Source: Candidatus Gastranaerophilales bacterium (GTDB lineage: Bacteria; Cyanobacteriota; Vampirovibrionia; Gastranaerophilales; Gastranaerophilaceae). Taken from it: 64,000 nucleotides of DNA. Below are positions 1-9,042 of the stretch, one piece after another. Made by a program: the position numbers and the translations under genes. The stretch spans positions 1,752 to 65,751 of the forward strand of contig CALUPO010000011.1 of the NCBI GenBank assembly GCA_944322675.1, given 5' to 3'. Positions within the stretch are counted from its first letter, which is position 1. The number at the start of each line of letters is the position of its first letter. A model generated the notes under the pieces. It saw nothing but the letters and a program-made list of their open reading frames with translations. It did not search any database and was not told where the DNA came from.

Positions 1-1
1 T

Positions 2-424
2 GACGTTTTTAAACTGCTACAATATTATACAGGTGAACTTAAACCATATATAGAAAATCCCAAAGACCCAAGACGAATGTTTATTAAAGAATTTAAAGAG
101 TCAGAGCAAAACTTAATATTAAATTGGTTTAACAAAAATAAAATGCTTATTTTAAGTGATATTATAAAAGGACGTGGGCAATTTAGTGCTGAATGGATTT
201 TAGTTGCTCAAAAGATAGATAATAATGCACGTTGGGTGCTTATTAATATAAACGAAGCTTTACAATATTATTCAGAAGGTGATGCTATTATTAGTCCAAA
301 AGGTTCATTATATATTGGTAAAGTTACTATACAACGTAAAGGTGGCGATAATGGTAGAAATACTGCAAATATGTTGCAATTTAAGCTAGATCCGGCTGAC
401 TTATTTAATATAAAAAAATGTTAA
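2..424 (+). CDS. 5'-truncated CDS, hypothetical; possible restriction-endonuclease-like C-terminal region
   Basis: The frame of ORF 77..424 stays open back to the window edge (pos 2: DVFKLLQYYTGELKPYIENPKDPRR-MFIKE...), so the listed Met is internal. 'EGDAIISPKGSLYIGKVTIQRKGGD' gives a D-X16-QxK spacing reminiscent of PD-(D/E)XK/QxK nuclease cores. The function is a guess. Confidence 0.4.
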   Translation, partial: DVFKLLQYYTGELKPYIENPKDPRRMFIKEFKESEQNLILNWFNKNKMLILSDIIKGRGQFSAEWILVAQKIDNNARWVLININEALQYYSEGDAIISPKGSLYIGKVTIQRKGGDNGRNTANMLQFKLDPADLFNIKKC

Positions 425-435
425 TTCTATTAGGT

Positions 436-1848
436 TTATTTAAAATTATTTAATAAAAAATTTATAGCATCTTTTTTTGTTTTAACAATTCCATCATATT
501 GAGCATTATGAAGAACATTTATTATAGATGATAGTTTTTTAGGTGAATCAAGCTTTAATATCTCCATAATCTCAAGACCATTTAATAATTTTGGAATTTC
601 TTTATTAATTTGACAAAACTTGAACCAACCTTCTTCAAGTTTTGTCAAATTTTTTATGTTATTATCAACAATCTCTTTTGTTATTTCAATTCCCAAAGCA
701 CTTTTTCTATCTGCTTTTGCAAGAATTATTATATCTAAAGTATCTTCATCCATTTTACGATAAAATCTATTTATTGCCTTTTGAGATACATCAATACCCG
801 ACATTAAACTTGAAGGATAAATATGATGTTTTATCATTTTTTTTATATATTTTATAGTCTTTTTAGGAAACTTCAACGATGTTAAATAAGGCACAACAAT
901 TTCACTTCCAACCTCATCATGTTTAATGAATCGGTGTCTTTTAGTTTCTTCTTCTATAACCCATGTTTTTGGTTTTCCAATATCATGCAAAAAACCGGCA
1001 AATTTTATATGTGCTAAACGTGAAATATTATTTGCAAATACTTTATCAAAATGAGCTTTTACATTATCATCAGAAATGTTATAAAACTCTTGAATTTGAT
1101 TGGATGTTTCAATTGAATGATGAAATAAACACAAATGATGGTGTAAATTAGGTGGTACTTTTCTTAATTCGTCTACAAAAGGAAAAAGTTCTTTTAATAT
1201 TTGATTGTATTGAAGCTTAAAAAAAGCAATATTACTATATTTTCCCTCAAAAAACTTTAAAATTTCATAAATTATACGTTCTTTTGAAACATTATGAATT
1301 AGATGTGCATTTTTATTAATAAAATTTAATAATTCACTATCAATTTTAAAACCTAAATTTGAAGCAAAACGAAAAACCCTCAACATCCTTAACGGGTCAG
1401 ATATCATATTATCAAAATTAAATGTTTTCAAAATTTTATTATTAAAGTCATTTATAGAATTACATTCATCAATTATTTCCAATGTTTTTAAATTTATTGC
1501 AAGAGAATTTATTGTTAAATCACGAGATTGTAAATCAAAAGATAAACTTTTACCATTGATTTTTGTAATATCAAAAAAATCTTTCTTATTTTGCAAAACA
1601 AGACGATAAATTTGATTTTCTTTGTCCAATAATATCGGTTTTACTTTAAAAATATTACCAATTATATTTGCAAAATCATAAGATGATATATTATTGACAA
1701 TTATATCTCTATCAAAAGACTCTTTATTTATTAAAGCATCACGCAAATAACCGCCTACTAAATAAATATCAACATCATTTGGAATATTTTTTATAACTTT
1801 ATTTAATATTTTATCTTTATTTATTTTATTTAATATCAAATTTTTCAT
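436..1848 (-). CDS. cca: CCA-adding tRNA nucleotidyltransferase (poly(A) polymerase family with HD domain)
   Basis: 470 aa. N-terminal nucleotidyltransferase motif 'GGYLRDALINKESFDRDI' and C-terminal HD motif 'FLHDIGKP'. Confidence 0.9.
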   Translation of the reverse strand: MKNLILNKINKDKILNKVIKNIPNDVDIYLVGGYLRDALINKESFDRDIIVNNISSYDFANIIGNIFKVKPILLDKENQIYRLVLQNKKDFFDITKINGKSLSFDLQSRDLTINSLAINLKTLEIIDECNSINDFNNKILKTFNFDNMISDPLRMLRVFRFASNLGFKIDSELLNFINKNAHLIHNVSKERIIYEILKFFEGKYSNIAFFKLQYNQILKELFPFVDELRKVPPNLHHHLCLFHHSIETSNQIQEFYNISDDNVKAHFDKVFANNISRLAHIKFAGFLHDIGKPKTWVIEEETKRHRFIKHDEVGSEIVVPYLTSLKFPKKTIKYIKKMIKHHIYPSSLMSGIDVSQKAINRFYRKMDEDTLDIIILAKADRKSALGIEITKEIVDNNIKNLTKLEEGWFKFCQINKEIPKLLNGLEIMEILKLDSPKKLSSIINVLHNAQYDGIVKTKKDAINFLLNNFK

Positions 1849-1849
1849 A

Positions 1850-2581
1850 TCAACTTAAAGCATATAATAAATTAGCAATAGAAGCAACACAGGCTGTAGG
1901 TGCCTTTAAAATCAAATTGCCAAGTGTAAACTGCGGAAGAGCACATTTTTTAAACAATTCAAACTCCCTATTTGAAAAACCGCCTTCAGGACCTATAACT
2001 ATTAATATATTCTCATTTTTATTTATCTTACTTTCTTTAAAATAGTCTTTAAGTGTATATTCTTCTTCAATTTCTGAAAATATAAAAATTTTATCAAATA
2101 ATTTGTCAATAACTAAATCTTCTAAAGTTTTATTTGAAATTATTTTTGGAATATCAGCTCTTTCACATTGTTTGGCTGCTTCATAAGCTATTTTTTCAAA
2201 TTTTGGAATCTTTTTTAAAACGACATCCTTTTTAACACTTGAATTATCGGTAATTATTGGATATATATTTTTTACACCCAACTCTGTAGCCATTTTTATG
2301 ACATCATATTCATCATCTGAATTCAAAACACCATGGGCTAGATTTATATTATATAAACTAGCTCTTTTTGATTTATAAGATTTTATAACTGTTGTTCCAA
2401 TTGTTTTTTTAGAAATATTATTAATTTGCACTTCATAAACAATTTGGTTTTCATCGATAAGTTTAATAACTTCATTCACTTTACATCTTAAAGTAACTGC
2501 AATATGAAAAACATTATTTTCATCAATAATATTAATTTTAGGCCCTTCAATATCTTTTGATTTGATAAAAAAATGAGGCAT
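1850..2581 (-). CDS. rsmE: 16S rRNA (uracil1498-N3)-methyltransferase RsmE
   Basis: 243 aa. Starts MPHFF. C-terminal 'GPEGGFSNREFE' knot-type SAM-binding motif typical of RsmE. 1-nt gap to cca. Confidence 0.85.
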   Translation of the reverse strand: MPHFFIKSKDIEGPKINIIDENNVFHIAVTLRCKVNEVIKLIDENQIVYEVQINNISKKTIGTTVIKSYKSKRASLYNINLAHGVLNSDDEYDVIKMATELGVKNIYPIITDNSSVKKDVVLKKIPKFEKIAYEAAKQCERADIPKIISNKTLEDLVIDKLFDKIFIFSEIEEEYTLKDYFKESKINKNENILIVIGPEGGFSNREFELFKKCALPQFTLGNLILKAPTACVASIANLLYALS

Positions 2582-2689
2582 TTTTCCTCCGTTTAATGTA
2601 TTTATAAAATACTTTAATAATAGCTTTAAAATCCTTATATTGCAATGGTTTTAATAATACTTTACAACTAAAGTATGAAAAAATATAAC

Positions 2690-2716
2690 TAAAGTATAAG
2701 AAAAAGTATCCGAAAA
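2690..2716 (+). promoter_or_regulatory. sigma-28 (FliA)-type promoter candidate upstream of flagellin
   Basis: TAAA (2690-2693), 15 nt spacer, TCCGAAAA (2709-2716), against the consensus TAAA-N15-GCCGATAA. Lies about 40 nt upstream of the flagellin ATG. Confidence 0.45.
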
Positions 2717-2754
2717 ATATTTTGTGGAGAAAAACAAAAAGGAGAGAAAAACAA

Positions 2755-3645
2755 ATGGCAATTAGAGTAAATACCAATGTTTCATCATTAATCTCGCAAA
2801 ATTCACTTGCAAAAAACACAAGCTCACTAGAAAATACAATGAAGCAATTGTCAACTGGATTAAGAGTAAATAACGCAAAAGATGATGCCGCTGGTTTGGC
2901 AATTTCAGAAGCATTAAAGGCTCAAATAAGAGGTAATGACCAGGCTATTAAAAATATTGAAAACGCAATAAACGTTATTTCAATTGCAGAAGGCGGTATG
3001 CAAAGTGCAACCGAAGATTTATTAAGAATTCGTGAATTATGTGTACAAGCAGCAAGTGATATCTATGAAGCTGATAAAAAACAAGCTATAATGAATGAGA
3101 TAAAACAAAGAATTGAAAATATTGATGTAACATCAGAAACCACAACTTTTGCAGGCAAAACAATGTTAAACGGTTCAGTTTCAAGCTTAGTCATCCAAAC
3201 CGGTGCAAATTCACTTGAAGCAACAAACACAGTTGACATTGGTCCTGTTATGACAAACCTGCATATATCAGCAGGAGGGTTAGATATAAAACTTGATATT
3301 ACATCTTTAGGCAACGGAGTAAGTGCAGGCGGAGCCTTAGATGGTGCAACCTGGACAGGTGATATGATTCGTCAATATCTTGACAAACTTGATGCCGCCA
3401 TTGATAAAATCTCATCAGATAGATCAATGTTGGGTGCTTACACAAACCGACTTGAATCATTATCTTCCAATATGACAACAATGAATGAAAATTTTGAAGC
3501 TACTAAATCATCAATAATTGATGTCGACGTTGCAAAAGCAAGTTCAGATATGATTAAATATCAAATTTTACAACAAACATCAGCCAATTCACTAATGCAA
3601 TCAAATAGCTTACCACAAATAGCTTTATCACTTCTGGGAAGTTAA
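2755..3645 (+). CDS. fliC: flagellin (short, about 296 aa)
   Basis: ATG at 2755 preceded by AAGGAGAG (2739-2746); the track start at 2722 is a TTG extension. N-terminus 'MAIRVNTNVSSL...GLRVNNAKDDAAGLAISE' and C-terminus 'MLGAYTNRLES...QILQQTSANSLMQSNSLPQIALSLL' are flagellin D0/D1 signatures. Confidence 0.93.
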   Translation: MAIRVNTNVSSLISQNSLAKNTSSLENTMKQLSTGLRVNNAKDDAAGLAISEALKAQIRGNDQAIKNIENAINVISIAEGGMQSATEDLLRIRELCVQAASDIYEADKKQAIMNEIKQRIENIDVTSETTTFAGKTMLNGSVSSLVIQTGANSLEATNTVDIGPVMTNLHISAGGLDIKLDITSLGNGVSAGGALDGATWTGDMIRQYLDKLDAAIDKISSDRSMLGAYTNRLESLSSNMTTMNENFEATKSSIIDVDVAKASSDMIKYQILQQTSANSLMQSNSLPQIALSLLGS

Positions 3646-3678
3646 TTTTATTTTAATTCTCTCCACACAACAAAAAGT

Positions 3679-3708
3679 AAAGCAAATTAAATTTGCTTTG
3701 CTTTTTTG
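3679..3708 (+). terminator. Rho-independent terminator after flagellin
   Basis: Stem aaagcaaat/atttgcttt followed by a T-run (3702-3707). Overlaps the 3' end of the convergent HD-GYP gene. Confidence 0.6.
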
Positions 3709-4511
3709 TTTTCAATAAGTTTTTTTAAAGCATCATAAACAATTTTAGATAATTTATTAGATTTAACAAGATTTTCCATTATTTCTAAAGCTTTTTCACT
3801 TGAAATTGATTCTTTATAAGAACGTTTTTCACGTAATGCTGTATAAATATCTGCAGCTGTTATAATATGAGTTAAAATATCTAACTCAATTTTATTTTCA
3901 GGGTAACCTGAGCCATCAATAAATTTATGATGATTTCTTATTATATTTAATGTTTTTTCATCAAATTGTTTACTTGCTTTCAAAAGTTCATAACCAAGCT
4001 GTGCATGCAATTCAACTATTTTTCTTTCATTTGTATTTAATTTATTCTTGCTATTTAAAACATTATCTGGAATTAGAACTTTACCAAAATCATGAAATAT
4101 AGCACCACGAATAACAGCTTTTTTATCACTTACCGAAAAGCGAATAAAAGATGACAATTCCTCCATAATTCCATAAGCTATTTCCAAAGTAGGATTTAAA
4201 TGTACATTTGTTATTGATTCTAAGTTTTTGATATTTATTTCAAGCTCAATATCATACTTATTTAAAAGATTTAAAACTTTTTTATTTCCACGAATTAAAC
4301 TCATAATTAATTTTTTATCAGTAAATTCATACAACTGAACTTTTGAAAGTAACTTTTCAACACGTTCATTAAAAAAATGCTCTTTTATAAAATCAAAAGG
4401 CTTTGCATCTAAAGATGATTTTATATGATAATTTAATAATTTATTTACCTGCAAATTTGCTGCTGCTATCTCTTGTGAATTATTACTTTCATCATATCGT
4501 CCAACTGTCAC
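3687..4511 (-). CDS. HD-GYP domain protein (putative c-di-GMP phosphodiesterase)
   Basis: 274 aa. 'AIFHDFGKV' (HD) and 'HHKFIDGSGYP' (GYP) motifs. Confidence 0.85.
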   Translation of the reverse strand: MTVGRYDESNNSQEIAAANLQVNKLLNYHIKSSLDAKPFDFIKEHFFNERVEKLLSKVQLYEFTDKKLIMSLIRGNKKVLNLLNKYDIELEINIKNLESITNVHLNPTLEIAYGIMEELSSFIRFSVSDKKAVIRGAIFHDFGKVLIPDNVLNSKNKLNTNERKIVELHAQLGYELLKASKQFDEKTLNIIRNHHKFIDGSGYPENKIELDILTHIITAADIYTALREKRSYKESISSEKALEIMENLVKSNKLSKIVYDALKKLIENKKAKQI

Positions 4512-4719
4512 TTTTAAACTCCGTTTCGTCTCTTTAATTTTTTAACTTCTTACTCTTATATAAAAAAAAATAAATTTAAAAAATTGACTTTTATTATAAA
4601 AGTATTTATAATTTACGTAATAAAACTTAACAAATATTACTAAAAGCCTTTAAAATCAAGGATATACAATTTATTAAATATTATATAAAATATATTTACA
4701 CTTATTTACAAAATATATA

Positions 4720-7700
4720 TTACACAAGTGATTTTGCAATACGATCAATACAAATTTTCTCACTTAATACCCATTCACGATACGAAATTCTTACAACTTT
4801 AAATCCGCATCTTTGAATTACTGATTGTTTCTTCATATTTGTAATATATGATTTTATATTATCTTTAACTCCATCAACTTCAACAATAACATTTTTTCCT
4901 GAATTTTTATCAAAAACTTTTAAATCACAACTAAAATTTGCAAGTTTTACATTTTCAATAACCTCATAACCTGCTTCAACTAATTTATTTGCAATTTCTT
5001 TTTCAAAATCATTTTTAAAATTACTTAAATGAGAAGATTCAATGAGTTTTTTCTCGTTTAAATTATTATAATTTATAATATATTCCAAATAATCCTTTAA
5101 TAGACCACTATTTAAAGTTTTAGGATCTTTTGATATAAAAGAAATAACCTGTTTTCTGGCACGTGTTATTGCTACATTAAACAGATTTGGCTTTTGAAGA
5201 AAAGTTAAACTTTGAAAATAACTATTTTGTGCTAATACCCATGAAATTATTATTATATCACGTTCATCGCCTTGAAATGTATGTGCCGTCCCGACGTCAA
5301 TCTTGTGTTTTTTTATAATATCACTGGATAGCACCATACACAAAGCTTTTTTTATAGCATCAGCCTGTGCTCGAAACGGAGATATAATGCCTATTGTGGT
5401 TGGTATTTTATTTTTTTCATCATTAATTATAATTTCATAAAGTTTCTTTATTATAGCTTCAATTTCTATTTCATTTCGAGTTGCACCGTAATCAATTTTT
5501 CCGTTTTCAACAATATATAATTCAAGCGGATTAAAATTATTAGGAGTTTCTTTCATAACTTTTATATTATCATTATAAAATTCTTTATTTGAAAAATTAA
5601 TAATAGGCGGATAACTTCGAAAATGTTCATCAAGTAAAACTTGCAAATTTGAATAATAATTAGCAAGATCGAACATTGAATTACTTCTAAACTGCCACAT
5701 AAGCTGATATTTATGTGGAATATCATATTTAGCAAGATAAGATTGTTCTTTTGTTTTTTCAAGAAAGGATAAATGAGGAAGTTGTTTATCATCACCAACA
5801 ATAACTGCTTTCTTAGCACGATATAATAAAGGAATACAACTTGCAATATCGCATTGGGATGCTTCATCAATTATCACAACATCAAAAAGTCCCGGTTTTA
5901 AAGGAAGTGTGTTTGAAACTTGATATGTTGTTACTCCCCAACATGGAAAAGCTTCAAGAAGCGGCTTAAAATCTTCTTCCTCAAGCAGTCTTGTTTGAAG
6001 TTGCTTTTTTTTCTGAATTATTGCTTTTGAATGTACCTTTAACCTTCTTATTTTATTATTATCTGCTAAAAGATTTTTTAAAGCATTTCGCCTTTTATTT
6101 TTTATTATATTTCGTGCTAATTCACTTATTTTTTCACGATTTTTTTCTATTTCATTCATTAAAACATGCAAATTACCAAATTTGTATATTTTAGTTTCAA
6201 TTTCCTTCAATTTTGCGTTTAGTTTTGATAATGAAAGCTCATTTTTTATTTTTTCAAGTTCAATAACATCAAAATCAACTTTTTTTAACTTTAATTCCTT
6301 TTTTAATTTATTAAATTTAAACTTGCAAAACAACAACTTAAAAATATTTTTTGAATCTAAATTATTTTGAATATCCTTAATTAAATTTTCAATTAAAAGA
6401 ATATTATTTATTTTTAAATCCAATTTTATTAAATCAAAATCTTGAGGAATTATATCATTCAGCTTATTAAATTCACAATAAACTTCATGCCATTCATATT
6501 CAAGTTTTATTATATTTTCAGCTTTCGTTTCAAGTTCAAGTATTAAGTCAAGGAGTTTTTTCATATCATCATTTTGAGTCAATATATAATCTTCACAACC
6601 AAAATCGAGATTAATTTTATTTGAAATTAAATTTTCAAGATCTTGACTTAGTTTCTTTTGATAATTAATACGACCTGCTCTTAATGCAATAAAAGGAGCC
6701 TCCAGCTCATTTAATCTTTCGCAAACAACATCAACAGCTTTGTCCATCCTTGATGCAATTAAAACCGTTTTGCCATTTGCAATTAAATGTGAAATAAGAT
6801 TAACAATTGTTTGTGATTTACCACTTCCAGGCGGTCCAAAGACGGAAACAATCGTATTATTTTCAATTCCTTCAATAACTTTTTCCTGTGCATCACTAAG
6901 AGAAAAAGGTACAATTGGGAAAAAATCACTTTTTACTTCTTTTTCAAAATTTGGATTTGTTATTTTTTTATTTATTTTTGATTCTTCATATTCTTCATTA
7001 ATACAATTTAAAGCAGTTTCACGAAAAATGCCCTGAGGTTTTTCAGAAATTTGCGTTAACTCATGCAAAACACCTGCAGTTATTGAAGGTCGTTTTGTCA
7101 AAATTAAAGCACTTTTTGAAGTTAAACTTATTGATTTAAGCTTTATTGCTTGAGGTTTAGCATCAATTTCATCATTTGAATTTATACTTTCTTCTTCATT
7201 AGTAATTTGATTTTGAACAATTATTTCCTTTTCTTCATTCAAACAAACCTTTGGTAAATTTAAACCATCTAACAAATCTTCATCAAGTTGAAGTTCGGGA
7301 ATAAGTGATTTTAGGGTTGTTAAAAATATCTCAAGAGAATCTTTTTTCAAAGGTAATTCAGGAACTACATCAAGCAACCCGAATAGCATTTGTTCATTTG
7401 TTTCGTCTTCATCCTGTGAGTCACTTTTATTTAATAATGAAGCTAAAGCACCTGTATTTAAAGATATTGATTCATCAAGGCTTAAACATTCAATATTTTT
7501 TTCATTCCGCTCAAGTTTAACACTTGTGTAAAGCAATGGAGTTAAAAATTCATTGTTCTTTTTTGATTTTAAAGATTTGCCCTCCAAAAATAAAAACCCG
7601 TATATCAAATGTTTATCTTTTTGATTCATATCAGATTGAATCATAAGCTCCGTTATTTGACTATCCAGCCCATTTAAAATAAGACTTTGCGGATAATTTT

Positions 7701-7887
7701 TAAAAAAGGACTCTTCATCTGATTTCTCACTTAAAAATACCCATTTATTATCTTTATCCTGGTTTAAATTGCGAAATGTAGAACTTTTAACCTCCTCACG
7801 AACACAATCGTGAAGATACAAACTTATACGTTTTATAAAACTTTGATTAAAAGCATTATTTATTATTTTTGCAGCTTCATTTAACAT
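4720..7887 (-). CDS. DUF4011-like N-terminus + Upf1/DNA2-like SF1 helicase + C-terminal DUF559/Vsr-like PD-(D/E)XK nuclease fusion
   Basis: 1055 aa. Walker A 'GPPGSGKSQT', motif II 'VIIDEASQ', 'VGDDKQLP', 'FQGDERDIIIIS', 'NVAITRARKQV'. C-terminus 'CDLKVF...VIVEVDGVKD...GFKVVRISYREWV' matches the DUF559-type nuclease pattern. N-terminus 'YGFLFLEG...FLTPLLYTSVKLER...ISLNTGALASLL' resembles DUF4011. Confidence 0.85.
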   Translation of the reverse strand: MLNEAAKIINNAFNQSFIKRISLYLHDCVREEVKSSTFRNLNQDKDNKWVFLSEKSDEESFFKNYPQSLILNGLDSQITELMIQSDMNQKDKHLIYGFLFLEGKSLKSKKNNEFLTPLLYTSVKLERNEKNIECLSLDESISLNTGALASLLNKSDSQDEDETNEQMLFGLLDVVPELPLKKDSLEIFLTTLKSLIPELQLDEDLLDGLNLPKVCLNEEKEIIVQNQITNEEESINSNDEIDAKPQAIKLKSISLTSKSALILTKRPSITAGVLHELTQISEKPQGIFRETALNCINEEYEESKINKKITNPNFEKEVKSDFFPIVPFSLSDAQEKVIEGIENNTIVSVFGPPGSGKSQTIVNLISHLIANGKTVLIASRMDKAVDVVCERLNELEAPFIALRAGRINYQKKLSQDLENLISNKINLDFGCEDYILTQNDDMKKLLDLILELETKAENIIKLEYEWHEVYCEFNKLNDIIPQDFDLIKLDLKINNILLIENLIKDIQNNLDSKNIFKLLFCKFKFNKLKKELKLKKVDFDVIELEKIKNELSLSKLNAKLKEIETKIYKFGNLHVLMNEIEKNREKISELARNIIKNKRRNALKNLLADNNKIRRLKVHSKAIIQKKKQLQTRLLEEEDFKPLLEAFPCWGVTTYQVSNTLPLKPGLFDVVIIDEASQCDIASCIPLLYRAKKAVIVGDDKQLPHLSFLEKTKEQSYLAKYDIPHKYQLMWQFRSNSMFDLANYYSNLQVLLDEHFRSYPPIINFSNKEFYNDNIKVMKETPNNFNPLELYIVENGKIDYGATRNEIEIEAIIKKLYEIIINDEKNKIPTTIGIISPFRAQADAIKKALCMVLSSDIIKKHKIDVGTAHTFQGDERDIIIISWVLAQNSYFQSLTFLQKPNLFNVAITRARKQVISFISKDPKTLNSGLLKDYLEYIINYNNLNEKKLIESSHLSNFKNDFEKEIANKLVEAGYEVIENVKLANFSCDLKVFDKNSGKNVIVEVDGVKDNIKSYITNMKKQSVIQRCGFKVVRISYREWVLSEKICIDRIAKSLV

Positions 7888-7972
7888 ATTTACCCGTTAC
7901 AAATCTTTACATTCATTTTTCACAATTATAGCAAAAAATATCAAAATAAGCTAACAAAAATATATTTTAATG

Positions 7973-8176
7973 TTATTCCTGTTCAATTAAAAAACCTATT
8001 CGTTCATTAAGCCCCTTTATTTTTCTTGCACATTCATAAGATAATGACGATAAGCACCCTATTTTTACATTAGGATCATTATCAAGTATGCAACTGAGCA
8101 AACTTACAAGTCTTGATGACTCTATCATAATATTGCGGCTTAAAATACCAATTTCCTTCATTTTTTTGTCATTCAT
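7973..8176 (-). CDS. small hypothetical protein (67 aa), probably co-transcribed with the helicase-nuclease
   Basis: Internal ATG (MNDKKMKEIG...) preceded by AAGGA. The longer TTG-start version (to 8281) begins inside a consensus promoter, see next feature. 85-nt gap to the helicase start. Confidence 0.45.
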   Translation of the reverse strand: MNDKKMKEIGILSRNIMIESSRLVSLLSCILDNDPNVKIGCLSSLSYECARKIKGLNERIGFLIEQE

Positions 8177-8252
8177 TATTTGTATCCTTTTTTGTATATA
8201 TTTGTAAATTATCTTAATTGTATATAGTATTAATGTACCAAATATAAAACAT

Positions 8253-8281
8253 ATTGTAAAATAATATTTATTTATTGTCAA
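8253..8281 (-). promoter_or_regulatory. sigma-70-type promoter (TTGACA-17-TACAAT) on the minus strand
   Basis: Minus strand reads TTGACA (8281-8276), a 17-nt spacer, then TACAAT (8258-8253). The 'TTG' start of ORF 7973..8281 is the first three bases of this -35 box. Confidence 0.5.
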
Positions 8282-8299
8282 GCAAATTATAATATAATT

Positions 8300-8524
8300 A
8301 TGGATTATAAAACATATATAAAAACTTTAATGAAATATAATAATATAACATATGATAAACTTGCTGTTAAGATGACTGAAGAAACCGGCAAAAAATATAC
8401 TCGTGCAAGTTTAAATGGTAAATTTGCCCGGGATAAATTTTCTGTTAGTGAACTTGTTATTATCTCTAAAATCTTAAATTTTAAGATAAAACTTGAGTCT
8501 GATGGATTTATGTTAAATTTGTAA
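8300..8524 (+). CDS. small putative HTH (XRE-like) DNA-binding protein
   Basis: 74 aa. 'ITYDKLAVKMTEETGKKYTRASLNGKF...SVSELVIISKILNF' has the helix-turn-helix spacing of XRE-like regulators. Divergent from the small ORF/helicase unit. Confidence 0.45.
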   Translation: MDYKTYIKTLMKYNNITYDKLAVKMTEETGKKYTRASLNGKFARDKFSVSELVIISKILNFKIKLESDGFMLNL

Positions 8525-8580
8525 ATAAATTAAAATTTAACATTATAAAGGTGTGTAATTTAGTAATAATAGCAAAAATT

Positions 8581-9042
8581 ATGAGTAAGTTTTTTAATAT
8601 AGTTCTAGTTGAACCGGAAATACCACAGAATACAGGGAATATAGCCCGTCTTTGTGCTTGTACTGGATGTTGTTTATATATTGTTGGTAAAACCGGTTTT
8701 TTAATGACTGATAAATACATGAAACGTTCAGGACTTGACTATTGGGATAAACTAAGCTTAATAAAGGTTGAAAGCATTGAAAAATTAATGGATGAAAATA
8801 AAACATCAAATTTTTATTTTTTAACTACAAAATCAAATAAAAAATACACAGATATACGCTTTAAAGAAGGTGATTTTTTTGTTTTTGGTCCGGAAACAAG
8901 AGGGTTGAATGAAGATTTATTAAAAAAATATATAGATTATGCAATAACAATTCCAATGAAAGAGAATACAAGAAGTTTAAATCTTTCAAATTCTGTTGCT
9001 ATTGTAACATATGAGGCTATACGACAAAATGGATTATTGTAA
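8581..9042 (+). CDS. trmL: tRNA (cytidine/uridine-2'-O)-methyltransferase TrmL (SpoU family)
   Basis: 'NIVLVEPEIPQNTGNIARLCA', 'FGPETRGL' and 'SLNLSNSVAIVTYEA'. ATG at 8581 chosen over the GTG at 8551. Confidence 0.88.
   Translation: MSKFFNIVLVEPEIPQNTGNIARLCACTGCCLYIVGKTGFLMTDKYMKRSGLDYWDKLSLIKVESIEKLMDENKTSNFYFLTTKSNKKYTDIRFKEGDFFVFGPETRGLNEDLLKKYIDYAITIPMKENTRSLNLSNSVAIVTYEAIRQNGLL

Noticed and set aside
2547-2819. 90-aa minus-strand ORF spanning the rsmE start and the flagellin promoter/5' end
   Set aside because: It overlaps two well-supported genes and the sigma-28-type promoter, and its Phe/Tyr-rich sequence is AT-rich junk translation.
7973-8281. 102-aa version of the small ORF upstream of the helicase, with an apparent N-terminal TM helix
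   Set aside because: Its TTG 'start' is the first half of a TTGACA -35 box with a correctly spaced TACAAT. The SD-preceded ATG at 8176 is more credible, so the TM segment is probably untranslated leader.
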